Source: Obrimoposthia wandeli (Eukaryota). From it: a stretch of DNA of 64,000 bases. The first letter of the stretch is position 1, and every line of letters begins with the position of its first letter. The translations under genes and the position numbers were made by a program. The notes below the pieces were generated by a model. It was not told the DNA's origin. It worked only from the letters and a program-made list of their open reading frames with translations, and searched no databases. Location: assembly GCA_977020255.1 (NCBI GenBank), contig CDROCS010000412.1:1-64000 (forward strand), in the 5' to 3' direction. Of the stretch, positions 24,876 to 37,420 are shown piece by piece.

Positions 24876-25879
24876 GATTCAATATGCATTTAAATTCGAT
24901 AAGAATCCCGGAATTTAAATGTAAATTCATTGTCATACACAATTGTCTTCTTAACAATTTTCTAAAAACTCTAAACGCAAGTAATATTTAATTTTGATAA
25001 AAAAAACTTTTAAAACTGTATTTCATTTATGTAATCGAACTCTCATAATAGTTGAGTGCTCCTAAATATTGTAATTTCATTTAATTATACTTTTTTATAG
25101 AAATTATCATAATAATATAATCTATATAATTAAGAATTTAATATAATTAAAAGGCTTAACTGTTTTTTAATCAACTAAAATGTGAGGGTAAAAGTTCTTC
25201 TCAAATTCAATAAATGCTGTAACAAAATATCCGTCCTAACTTTAATTAGTGGTTCTTCAAAACGGATACTGTGTAAATTAGCTAGATATATAAATTTTAA
25301 TGTAATTTTTAAAGACATTAAATTAATAATTATAAAATAGGTATACAGATATATTTTCTAAATTATTTTTCACCTAAATTGACTGCAATAATTTTAAAGT
25401 TTTATTCTTATGTTTTGACAAAAATGATTTTTAATAAAACTAAAAAATTTATGATTTTAAGTAGTTGCTTTTAAAACTGCTTAGTAGTGTATTAGTAAAA
25501 AATAATAGCACAGCCTTAAAAATTTTAATTAATAAAAAGAGCAATAAAACGTTTCTATCACTATAATTTTATTAAAATAAAGTTGTTTTTTCAAACAAGA
25601 AATTTAACGAAATAATTGAATATTTTTTAACTAACTTTTTAAATTTTAAAAATGTTAAGGAATCCAAGATATGCTTGCAAACTAATTATTGAATTCATGT
25701 TTTATGCAAAATATAATTTTTAGTAATTTAAATTAAATAAAATTAAATCATTTTTTATAAAAACATTATTTTTAATTTTAAATGTTTTAAATTTTCATAA
25801 AATTTTGAAATTATTTTAAATTATTAATATGTCATATGTTATAATTATTTTATTAAATAATTAATATAACTTTGATATA

Positions 25880-26480
25880 TGGAAACCAGTACATTAGCAG
25901 CTTGTACGAGACTTGTTTGACCAACAGGAATAAATGCCATATGTAACCACATTCTGTTTATTATAAATTTTTATATTTTGAAATGAGATACTTGCAGATG
26001 TTGTGATAATGACATTATGTCAATCACTCGCGAAAGGTTATGTTTTGTGTAGGCATCGTCCATCAAGATTTTACCACAGCATGAAAATACTGCATCCTAT
26101 TGGTATTCAACTAATTGATTTTACATTTTCAGGAATTAGCATGTATAGTTTATTTTATGTTATATCAACTGATACGTTGAGAGCAACAGTTGTACTTACC
26201 ATTCTTGACCCGCTGTCATCAAATGAACATATTTTCCTTTTTTTCTTAAATTCTAATTGATACAATTGGTTCCAACCGAACAAGCGTTTCATCAAAAACA
26301 AAACTATCTGACAATTTGTATTTTAACTGTAGCCTTAGTTGTCTATATAAAGAACAAATTTGATTAATTTTTTCTGGGAAGTCAACAAAAACTTTTATAA
26401 ACATGTAAAGTCATTCCTCTGTGAAGATTTTTGAAGCCATGCATCATTTGTCACGTACTTCGAATTTTAAAAACATAAAT
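25880..26480 (-). pseudogene. Decayed pogo/Tc2-type DDE transposase remnant
   Basis: Minus-strand pieces FVFDETLVRLE, STTVALNVSVD..KLYMLI and AFIPVGQTSLVQAANV resemble pogo MDET / TV.L...ADG.KL / FIP.G.TS.LQP motifs. Many stops. Confidence 0.5.
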
Positions 26481-27464
26481 GGTCAATAAGTACCTGTGAT
26501 TGGTATTTAATCATGTTACAAAACACATTAAACCGTTTCTTGCATAGCGACTTGCATAGCGACCCCATATATTATGTTACAGTTAAAATTCATATTTAAT
26601 AAAAATGAAAAACTTGGCAGAATTAACTGAAACTAACTCTAAAAAATTTTAAATCAATTTTTTATAAAAATAGTTTAAAAAAGTCACAAATCTTCTTTAA
26701 AGCCCGATAGTTAAAAAATGTTACTGTAAAATTCATTTTCGAGAATAACTTTTTATATGAGAATCTGAACTATATCTAGAAGCATTATAAAATTCTATTT
26801 CTTACTATGTGTTATTGAAGATTCTATAACTTTCGTGTGAGGAAAATGTCACAAATCTTAAATTTTTAATTATTAAAATTTTTTAGATGAATGTCTTGGC
26901 TATTAAATGTCACATGTTGGTGAACAAATCATCATTTTCAAGTTGAAATGAATTCCAGTTAATTAAGATATGTTTTATCAAAATTGTACTTCAATTTTAA
27001 ATACTCTTTAGTACAAAAATTAAAAAAAACTAAGCAACTAGAAATTATCCCCACCACTGACGGTTTCCGATTAGGACCCAACCTAAACCTATAAAAGGGA
27101 TAATAGCCAACAAACCAATTACGTAGTTGTAATTGAATTGCAATATAAATGTAAAGAATATTTATAGTAATAAATAATACAGATAATGTTAATGTAACTT
27201 ACAATATCTTTGTTTTCTTCATAATTTACGATTATTAACTTATTTTTTTATATTTTTTTATAATAGATCTATAGATTATACATTACAATATAAAATTTAT
27301 TAGTATATATTTATTATATAAATGTCCAAAGTGAATCACATGATATTTATAAAAACAACAAATTTATTTATAACCTCAAAGATATCAATCATAACTTTTC
27401 TGTCTTTTATCTTTTATCAGTTCTACAGATTTGGCAATTATTTATTTATTATAATAATTTTTAA

Positions 27465-27852
27465 ATGGATAAGACGATTATAATATTATTTATATATTTA
27501 CTTATAGATATAATTGCTTTTTCAAGTATTCTACCTGTCTTTCCAACTTTAGTTAATGCATTTTCATTGAACAAAAAAGTAATATCAGTAAATAAAATAT
27601 TTTAAATTCTTAAGGATTCTCTTTTTAATTTAACAACGAATATTGTGAAACATATTACAGAAAGATACAATTTATCTAGTGATATCAAATGGATCAATGT
27701 ACTAATCGGAGGTCTGTTTGATTTCATATTAATTCATTGTTTCAATAGGGTTTCTCGGGTCATCATTTTGCCTGTGTCAGTTTATCTGCTCACCTATTAT
27801 TGGTTCTCTATCTGACTTGTATGGACGCAAAGCAATGCTTATTTTCACAACA
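27465..27852 (+). CDS. First three exons of a host MFS transporter (MFSD10/tetracycline-exporter-like): 27465..27578, 27615..27711, 27749..27852
   Basis: Removing GT-AG introns of 36 and 37 nt gives MDKTIIILFIYLLIDIIAFSSILPVFP...VLIGGFLGSSFCLCQFICSPIIGSLSDLYGRK, which contains MFS motif A. Exon 3 ends at a gtgagt donor; later exons not located. Confidence 0.8.
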
Positions 27853-30211
27853 GTGAGTTAAAGCTGCATTTAGGCAATATTTAAATATTGTAATTTATAT
27901 TCAATTATCAGTATATTCATTTTAGTTTCTGCAGTTTCTTTCTGAAACTACAGTTTTAAGCAATATATTCTTATGTTATATCGGGATTTAATGAAATTTA
28001 TATGTAAATGTAAATTACCAATGTTATCTTTGGGTCAAAATTGGATGATTGATAATTGAAAGACATTTGAAAGATTATATATTTACTTGTAAATTGAGAA
28101 CTTGATAATATACTCAATTCTTAATCGGTCTGTTGTATCAAAATGATTATATTTATTACATATACTTTCTGTAGTTTTTTAATGCTAATTAAATTAAACG
28201 CTGATTTAAAATGCTGCCAAGAGTACGTAATTGGATTTTTGGTATTTATTTTTATGTTCATATGCAATATTTTGTCTTCTATATGCAATCTGATAGTTTA
28301 CACATCGACATTTGATTTAAAATAATGTTATAGTAAAAAGCAAATACGTATTAAAGTTAAATAACTCTTCTTGATTATTGTTATAGTAACCATACCAAAC
28401 TAAACAAAGACTCAATTCATATAAACGAATTATACACACCAATTAAAATTGTAAAGAAATCATTAACAAAGCGTGTGTTGCAAACAAAACAAATTGATTG
28501 CCGAAGAATGTGGGACTTTATAACAAATTATTACTGATTAAAATGATTTTCATAATTCAATATTTTTAAATATCTTGACGTTAAAAATAACGGAAATTTT
28601 ATGTTTTCAAGCCCCATTTGTTTATTTATATTATTCATCAATGTTTTCTAACGGTACATGTGTTCCTTTGGTACTGAAATGGAAAAAAGATTAACTTATT
28701 TGGCTGTGGTAACTTTATCATCACTTTCTTTTATAAAAAATACGATTTAGAAATTAGTGACTTTTTAGGAATAGAAAACAACTGAAATATTATATATTTA
28801 TGTCAATAATCTGATGTTTTCCAACATTACCCACTGTGGTAATTGTATGTAATGACATAAGTAATTGAGATCGTTCTTTTTCCTCTAAAATTGAAATATA
28901 AGTCTGCAATTTTGCTAGATAAGACATTTTACTCATAACTGAGGGGTAAATTATCCGATCTCTAAAATATAGTAAATTGAATGTTATAAATCATACACTA
29001 AGATGTTCGGTGTGTTCTATAATGTCCATCTATCTACCTACATAGATACACAACATAATGCCTATGACTGTATATGTTGGTATCTATATACAGTAAACGA
29101 TGAATCATCAATTGGGTAGTTCGATTCCCGAGCTTCATCAATAACTGAATCAGTAGTCATATTCATTTTTTAATTGACGTCATTGGGTTGTGTGAATCTT
29201 CTGACTGTGTGAGGTGATCTGAATTTATAGCTGGAATCTTTTTGGTATCTAAACAAAGCTGCAATTATAGATGTATTGTTTAATCTGTCAAATTTACGTT
29301 TTATTGAATAAAAATCATTTTTATTTTATCAAATTTCAGATTTTCGTTAAAATGTAATGTTATGCCGACATCCCAAGCTCCCAATTTTATTTTATACCAA
29401 AACTTCTGTTGCGATATATTCTCCAAGGATCGCATAGTGTTTCGGAGGGTTGGACCCACTATGCCAACCTGGATGAATAGAGGGAAATATCTATTCACAC
29501 ACCCCAATCGAGCACCAAGAAAATTTCATGAACCACTAAATGATGAAGTTCACACACAAATGGGTCAGAAACATGTGGATGCGCGCTAAGCATAAGTTGA
29601 GAAGACAATGAGGAACATCGGAAGCTTTATTGTCAAGTTATTTGCACGATTTCCATTAATCTATATCCCGATACTCATTCATGGCATCTATAATAACATT
29701 TAATGTTACATATTTTAATATTACTTTTACAGTCAATTTTTTATGGATTCTTATTAGTCTTGGAAAAGATTTTACAAACATACACTTCAGGTTCACTGAA
29801 TTATTAATTTATGTATTAATATTTATAAACACATGAAACATACAAAGATAAGTGGAAAATAAGAGTACGTACTCAGGTATTTATACTGAACTTGTTCAAA
29901 TCTAAATCCGAGTGTAAAAGGTTTTGACTTGATTAACTTATCAATACCAAAATGCCTATATATTATTGTATAATCATATAATATAGAAAAATCCATATTA
30001 CGCATGCCAATGTTGGGGTTTTCATTTGAAACTCTTGTTATAAAATCCTCGTATGTGAGTCCTATAGAGATAGATCTTATTGGTGGGGTTGGCTACCTAG
30101 TCTAATCAATTTTTAAGGGTTTTTATTCGGTGTACAATTATCCGAATTTTAACCCCAAAACTATCGTAGTGTAATGTAGGTCTGACTGTTAGGCCGAATG
30201 TGATTTTGAAT

Positions 30212-30436
30212 TCATAAATTGTCTTGAAAGCCTAACCTAAGAAATTGAAAAACCGGACAACTCAATTTCAAATTGACCTTCCCGATAAACGGTATGGGTC
30301 CTTTCTTAGTAGGTTGGGTCTCAGCCTTGAACAATGTTGTAGTCGCTCCCAATCGATTTAAGTTTCGGGACAATGCTAGAAGTTGGGTTATAATAACTTT
30401 TGACGTTTTGAGATTAAATAGATTTATTATAAACAC
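30212..30436 (-). pseudogene. Possible Ty3/gypsy integrase C-terminal remnant
   Basis: QPTKKGPIPFIGKVN resembles a GPY/F motif; short and degraded. Confidence 0.3.
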
Positions 30437-30924
30437 CTCAATTTAGTTTAGTTATAAAACTTTTACAATACCTAATTTCAACTATTTTAAAGTGGCGATA
30501 CTATGAATTCTTATTTGTTCGTTCCTAATTTCAATTTAGGGGTTCGTTGGTAGCCTGTATTAGACTTTAACACAAGTTATAACTTCTCAATTCCCAACAA
30601 TGAACTCCCACTTCTTTAATTAGGAGTTATTAAAACTACTACTCAATTTTATTGATTACGGAATGATCAATTCAATTTATCAATTTTAGGGTACAACAAT
30701 TTCTTGAACTTTAAAATAATGCATTTAAATGATCAAATTCGGGTTATAACGAATTCACAATTTTTCTGTTTATTACAAATTTTAATTGCATATAACGTTA
30801 GTAATCATAGAATCCGCTTCTGGCTTGAATTATTCCGTGTCGAGTTTCTGATCCGTATTCTTGTTTTTGCTCGATGGATCTAATGTCGTCAGTAGGTAGA
30901 TGTGTGACTTCTGGCACAAAGACC

Positions 30925-31185
30925 CCCCTGAGGACAAACTCAGGTCACGGTGAGGACAAGATGTAGGTCATGACCTCATGAGGTCAACTTAAGGTCAAGA
31001 TGTAGGTCATGACCTCAGGAGGTCATGGGAAAATGTAGGTCAAATTTCTCCCAAGTACACATGATTTTTTATTTAAAGTCATGAGGACAACTTAAGGTCA
31101 CAATGAGGACAAGATGTAGGTCAAGGCAAGTTAAGGTCATGACGTCATGAGGACAATGTACTTTAAGGTCACGGTGAGGTCAAAA
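30925..31185. repeat. Degenerate GC-richer tandem repeat built on AGGTCA half-sites
   Basis: About 12 aggtca copies, including aggtcatgacct palindromes and repeated gaggacaagatgtaggtca. Confidence 0.85.
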
Positions 31186-31364
31186 AGATTCTATTTTTAG
31201 TAACATACTTTAAATCTATATATATTTTTATCTAAAGGTGGTATTAACACCAATTCACCAAAATACATCTCGTGTGTGTGTTTTATAATTTAAATTAAAT
31301 TATCTACTTATAAAATAAAGTATTATATAATTTGATAATCATGTTTAAACGTTCCTATATCTAT

Positions 31365-33498
31365 CTAACAAAGACAGTCACGTACTGCATCTATATTGCA
31401 AAAACCTGCAAATTTATGTAAATTTATGTAAATACCAATATATTTAAAATAAAGACAAGTATTTCTAACACATATATTCCTTAAAATCACAAAGGAGAAT
31501 AAAAATATGTACAACACATATAAAAAGTGACCATAGGCGACTGAACGGTTTTTCTCCACCCACTTGCGCTTATCATCACTACTGCTTAAGGCAATTTTAC
31601 TTAACCTTACAGTAAAAAGTTGATGATTTAGCGAGCTTATACGTTGTTGTTGTACACGCTCGCTAACGCCACTCTCATATACGGCTAAGTAATTAGAGTG
31701 CCTAATACTCGTCTGTCGGAGACTAATACCTTTCGCTCTCATCTGAGATTCACCTTCTGTAGTCTCTAGGCTATATGATTTTGGTCGTAGAAAAATCCCT
31801 TGCCTATAACTAAATAATCCCTTACTCTCATCTTTAAATTTTCCTATCGCTGTATTAATCGTCGTATAAAGCGGATGGGTTTTTGGAAATTTCGAGGTAT
31901 CCAACAGTCCATCAGCAATCATAGCAGGTAACAGTGATTCTTGAACATTGACATTATTACACTTCAAGAAAAAGCTATCAGTGTCACCCGCTATAATTCT
32001 AATGTCGCAGTTAAATTGAACTCGATATTTCTCCAACTGCTCATATTGTAGCTCATACATACGAAGTTTGCTTAAATCTAATACCGCCTGGCCCATGTAA
32101 CTAGGACGATCCAAAACAATATTTTCCTTATCCAGTAAAACTGCAATAAGGTCCGTGTCGATTTCGATTGTCCTACGAAAGTGGGCTTTACTGCAATAGG
32201 TAACCAGCTTCTGTGGAGTATTACAAATCCGGAGGTTAATTCTTTTCATTAGATTCTCAATGAGTTTTCCAAATAAAGAATTCACCTTCAGTTTGTAGTA
32301 ATCCCGCTCGAAATCTGTTGTAGCCGCAGCTCTTTTGAGAGAATTATCCTCAATATTTTTTGAAAAAACAATAGTTTGTTCAAACTGTATTGCTCTATAT
32401 ACAAAATCTACCTTAGCACCAAGTCTAACGTACATTTGTAGCAATCTAGAATGCACAACATAATGTTTCTTAGGGTAATGCGTTAATAACAATTTTTCAG
32501 TCTTACACCCTGGTGGACGCTGTTTAATTGGAGCAAGGGGAAGATCGTCGAATTTATTATGAAGCTCGTTGGGAATGGATAAATCTATTTCCAATAAATG
32601 AGCGAAGCGACTACAGGATAAATCTATTGATTTTAAGCTGGAGATAATATTCCCCAACTCTAACCGATCAGTCACCCAGGAAAAGTTACCACAAGGTAAA
32701 AACTGGGACATAGCCCACCCGTACAAATTATTTACATCAATGTACAAAAGTTCTGTACCATTGATGGCGTCCACGCGGTGTTCATTAACAAATGTCATAC
32801 CCCCGCGAATCCCGGACCGGAAGAGTCGGTACAACTCTGGATCCTGTATTAGCTCGACTCGCACAGGAGGAGAAGAAGAAGCCGGACGAAGCAGGGATTT
32901 GAAAGCACTCGCGAAAGTCAGTCCTGGAAATAAAAACATTTATTAAAATCATTGTGAAAATCATTACTTTGAAAATCATCTATCTAACAAAGACAGTCAC
33001 GTACTGCATCTATATTGCAAATACTTGCATCTTTATGTAATCAATAGTAACAAGAACTACATTTATTCTTATACATGTATATATATATATATGTGTTAGT
33101 GTCTAAAATTAGAAAAAATTAGTAAAATACAAACCAGGGATGGAGAAGAAATTGAGTGGCTCCAATCCATCGTCAGCAATGGCCTTAGTCCGGAATGCTG
33201 TAAACACGTCTGCTAGAAGGTAGACGTCCATCTTCATATAGACCAGCATATAGTCCCAGAGCGATGAGCAGCCGCTCTGAGTCCAGACCATCTTCGCCAT
33301 TTCATATTGTGCTGGCTTGATCTTTTCATCCCACTTTGGCGGTAAGCTGGTGATTGCGCGAAGAGCAGTCTCTGATACTGCCATATCGTATGGGAAGATT
33401 CCCTTGGCGCTCACCAGATGTTGTGAGAAGATGTGTTTTACTACATCAATAAAATTAATTAATCCGGGAAGAGTATATAAGAGAAAAAATAATTTCAT
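31365..33498 (-). CDS. polB: Family B DNA polymerase of protein-primed/Polinton-like type, two exons, 5'-truncated
   Basis: KGIFPYD, Y..MDVYLLADVF (ExoIII), GIRGG, YIDVNNLYGWAM (Pol I), KLKVNSLFGK (Pol II), IAGDTDSFF (Pol III), ..AYGH end. Removing intron 32924..33134 restores FFSIPG|LTFASAFK. No ExoI/II coding found upstream. Confidence 0.9.
32924..33134 (-). other. 211-nt phase-1 GT-AG spliceosomal intron in polB
   Basis: Donor CCT G|GTTTGT, acceptor TTTATTTCCAG|GA CTG; AT-rich interior; frame preserved. Confidence 0.8.
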
Positions 33499-33508
33499 TT
33501 TTTATAAA

Positions 33509-33763
33509 ATGAATTTTCAAGAAATGAAGAATCTAATGAAGCTTGTTACCAAGAAAATTGAGAAGAAAAAGAAAACAGATGATCTCCGACAGAAGATTTT
33601 TAATCTCAATCTATATAATGCCATAGCAAAAGAGTGGAATGAGAAAATAGAAGAAATACAAGTAGTTGAAGCAAGAAGAAGATGCCTGGAATGGAACAAG
33701 AAGATTGAGTTGAAGAAGAAGGAAGCTGGAGATGGAGCACAAACGCAGAGTTCGAAAGATTGA
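33509..33763 (+). CDS. 84-aa Lys/Glu-rich helical protein, unknown function
   Basis: ATG ORF MNFQEMKNLMKLVTKKIEKKK..., purine-rich coding-like composition next to polB. Confidence 0.4.
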   Translation: MNFQEMKNLMKLVTKKIEKKKKTDDLRQKIFNLNLYNAIAKEWNEKIEEIQVVEARRRCLEWNKKIELKKKEAGDGAQTQSSKD

Positions 33764-34839
33764 GCTGATGATGGAGGGGATAAAAGAAGCCCAAGCTAAA
33801 GAAGATCCTTCTGCGAAAAAATAAATATTGTGTGTATGTAAATTTTTCTTCTTTTTCTCTTTACGCGTGTATTTCAAAATTATTTTAAAGTTATTAAACT
33901 AAACTATAATCTTTATCTATGTCTAACAAAGACAGTCACATACTGCATCTATTATGCATGTATGTGTGACTACTAATTAATTAATTAAACATATGTTTTT
34001 CACTTGCTTACATCACTCATGTATGTGTGTGTGAATAATTAGATATAGGTTACCATTTAGTTACTTCACTCAGCCATGTAAATTATTAAACAGAGGTTAA
34101 AATAAAGCTTAATCATGTATGTATGTGTGAGTTTGTATGTGTTTAATAAAGCTTATGTATATTACCAGATATCTAATAACTTGTGTAAAGTTGATCATGT
34201 ATAGTGATTTTACTACATCATATCAAAATTTGTTTTAATGCATCAATTTCAATACCCGCAACTTCAAATATATGTTTGTTATGGTTACAAGTATTCGTGA
34301 TTTTACTACATCATAACAAGATATATTCACTAAATGTAGGCATCACTTCATCTTATCTCTTCATAACTTCATCTTCTCTTCTCATCTAATGTTTACTAAA
34401 GAAACTATGAAATCTCAGATGTTAAACTGAAATTAAGAATAGATCCATATTATACATGTTATTGATTACAGTTATTAAATCTCAATTAAGGTATTGATAT
34501 TTCTAATATAGAATTGAAACTTATACTACTAATAATTTATCAATATAGCTAGTATTTATTGATTTTATCATGCTTACAGACTGTTATGTATTTCTATCAT
34601 ATGAAAATTATAACTAAAGTAGATACTTAAATATCCACAGGGTATTTATATCAATGTATAGCAAATATAGTAAACATACCTAGAAGGATGGAGAATAGTA
34701 ATCCATGGGAGTGTATTCTTATTGGTGGAAGATTGTTTGAACAAGGAAACACATATAGTAAGAATAGCTGAGATAAATTGGAGTATAGTATAGTAATACA
34801 CTGGAATGTCTTCTGATTGCTGGAAGATTGGTTGAGCAG

Positions 34840-35150
34840 GGAATAGACTATAGTAATATGATGTGTATGAGTGTATGTATGTGTGTACATGCATGAATAC
34901 TTAGAAAATTGTATAAGTTGTTTGAGCAAGAAAATAGACTATAGTAATATTATATGTGTATGTATATGTGTGTATGTGTGTGAATACTTTCAAAAATATA
35001 TAACAAATATACTATAGTAATATTGTATGTGTGTGTATGTGTGAATACTAACAAAAATTTACAAGTTGAGAGAACAAGGAAAATAGAACATAGAGACCAT
35101 TGGGTATGTGTATGCATGTGTGTCTGAATACTTACAAGAAATACAAGGTA
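34840..35150. repeat. Degenerate ~85-bp repeats with (GT/AT)n tracts
   Basis: Recurrent aatagactatagtaata..tgtgtatg..gaatact. Confidence 0.6.
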
Positions 35151-35324
35151 TATACTAAAATCTAATCATAAAACATTCCATCTCTATCTTTTTCAATTCC
35201 ACATCGATATTGTTTATCATAATAACAACTATATGTTCTAAAAGTATTGATGTATTCAGGAAATTAATGATATGTTCAGAAAATTTACAATATTTAGATG
35301 CTTCTAGAAGAGAAACAGGGAACT

Positions 35325-35715
35325 CACATGGAAGTTTAGTGGTTTAAGAAGGAAAATAACGTGGAAGTTAGGGAAATCTCGTGGGAGTTGAGTGGTTTAA
35401 GGAGGAAAATAACATGGAAGTTAGGATAATCCCAAGGTAGTTAGGAAAATCTAATGGAAGTTAGGGAAATCTTGTAGTAGTTAGGGAATTCTCAAGGAAG
35501 TTGAGTGGTTTAAGGAGGAAAATAACATGAAAGTTAGGATAATCCCATGATAGTTGAGGAAATCTCATGGTAATTAGGGAAATCTTCCAGTAGTTAGGGA
35601 ATTCTCATGGAAGTTGAGAGGTTTAAGGAGGAAAATAACGTGGTAGTTACGATAATCTCATGGATGTTAAGAGGTTTAAGAGGAAAAAATATAACAAGTA
35701 TTATGGTTTAAGGAA
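35325..35715. repeat. Degenerate purine-rich tandem repeat
   Basis: Recurrent ggtttaaggaggaaaataacatggaagttagg and aatctcatggaagttgag. Confidence 0.8.
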
Positions 35716-36896
35716 AGAATAGCATAGAATCAGACCAATATCAAGCCTACCTCTTTCATTAAAGCATTCATAGATGATGTTTTTTAAATAACATACATAA
35801 TTTAACATTACTTATACATCAATGTTGATTAAAATATTCAACGTTGTAGTTGTTTAACTTTAAACATTTTGTTGTAAAAACTAAGATATTAAGACTTTTG
35901 AGTTAGATAATCAGGTTAGGGTGTAAAGGAAAACATTGGAAATTTTATAAGAATAAATCTAATAATCAATAAATCGAGACATATCTATATCTTCTAACAT
36001 CTCTATCATGAATCTTCTTTCAAAAACTTTCATACCTAACTTTCAGAGAAATTACCAAATACCATAAATTCATATATTTCCATACATATTGATTATTGAA
36101 AAACTGAACTTATCAATATTATCAACATCTAATCTCACTATCATCAACCATCATAAAGTGGTTGATAATAGGAATAATGATTTTTCTAATGTGTCATTGA
36201 GATTTAGACTATAAAATGGAATAATATAGTTAAATATAGAGTAGACTTAGATGTTTTTATTATCATACAAGCGCGTATACAAAGAATCTTATACCAAAAT
36301 TATCGATAATACACATATTTCATCTATATCATAACACATGTTGTAAATCCTAATAAAACCTTTACAATAATTCATCATAACTATTTTATTGATTAATCTA
36401 TTCTATCAGGTAGCTACTGATTATTGAATCTAGGGGCTATGTTTAATATTTCTAAAGATAGCATAGTTTCTCACCATTTTATTAAGATATTACTATTCAT
36501 TACTAACGTTTCATAAATCATCTAATTCAATAAATATCAATATTCACATCAATATATCCTTAACTTTCGAACTTATTATAAAATATTAATAAATATAAAG
36601 GAGAAAATACGTACCTTTGTTAGTTAATTCCATAGAGTCCAAACAAAAGTCACTAAGCCACAGGGTGCAATCTTGTATATTCCATCGTAATTCTGTTGGG
36701 TAGACATTGATCCATTGATATTCCGGAAAATGACATCATAATATTGGATTTTTCTTCTTGAGTTTCCATGATAATATGATGACCTTGCTATAAATCAGCT
36801 TACATGTTTATTTAAATATATCTTTGTTTATATAAAACTGAGACTCAGATTAACCAATAAGAATAGATGATACAATGTTACTAAAAATAGATTATT

Positions 36897-37076
36897 TTAT
36901 AGGGTTAAGAAGAGGAAAATCTCATGGTGGTTAAGATGTTTATGGAGAGTTCTCTTGATGTAATAAAGCTTGTCATCGCCGACAAAATTGGGGTCAACAG
37001 AGCAAGCGCTATCATTGATAGTATATTCTGCACTCTGAATAATCTCATTATAAATTTCAAATAACTCCTTTTCCAT
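36897..37076 (-). CDS. 59-aa ORF (MEKELFEIYNEIIQSAEY...) present in every array unit
   Basis: ATG 37076 to TAA 36897, downstream of rep on the same strand and preceded by paired TATA-like repeats; no family recognised. Confidence 0.35.
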   Translation of the reverse strand: MEKELFEIYNEIIQSAEYTINDSACSVDPNFVGDDKLYYIKRTLHKHLNHHEIFLFLTL

Positions 37077-37420
37077 TATAACTGAAAAAAGAACAAAAAA
37101 CGTTCACTTAAATACAAAATGTTCAAAAAGAACAACAAAACAAAAAAAAATCGCTGTGCTGTTACTATAAATAGATTTTCCTAACTCCTATATGCCTGTG
37201 CTGTGCTATTCTTGTGCTGTTACTATAAATAGATATATGTAACTCCTATATGCTTGTGCTGTGTAATTCTTGTGTAGTCTCTCTTTCCCCTCTTCTTTTT
37301 CCTTTTTCTTAAACATCCATAAGGACACCTACACAGCACAAGCATACAGTAGTTCGGTTCTACACAGTCTACACACCTACACAGCCTCTTCTTGATTTTT
37401 ACCGTGTTCCTTCGGGTGTT

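Larger units (their letters stand above)
31359..33952. repeat. Three dispersed copies of a ~44-bp motif (31359..31402, 32978..33021, 33915..33952)
   Basis: atctatctaacaaagacagtcacgtactgcatctatattgcaaa is exact in copies 1 and 2 and near-exact in copy 3. Confidence 0.9.

Noticed and set aside
29200-29650. Minus-strand KIKLGAWDVGITLHFNE as a Mutator-like transposase piece
   Set aside because: Too short and degraded to support.
36630-36775. Minus-strand METQEENPIL*CHFPEYQW.. ORF directly downstream of the array
   Set aside because: Interrupted by an in-frame TGA, under 50 codons, no recognisable family.
31185-36800. Polinton hallmark genes (integrase, capsid, ATPase, protease) and terminal inverted repeats around polB
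   Set aside because: None found in the window, so the region was not called a Polinton/Maverick.
36870-36900. CAATGTTAC, and CTTTATTAC on the minus strand near 36960, as CRESS origin nonanucleotides
   Set aside because: Only partial matches to NANTATTAC, and no convincing GC-rich stem encloses them.
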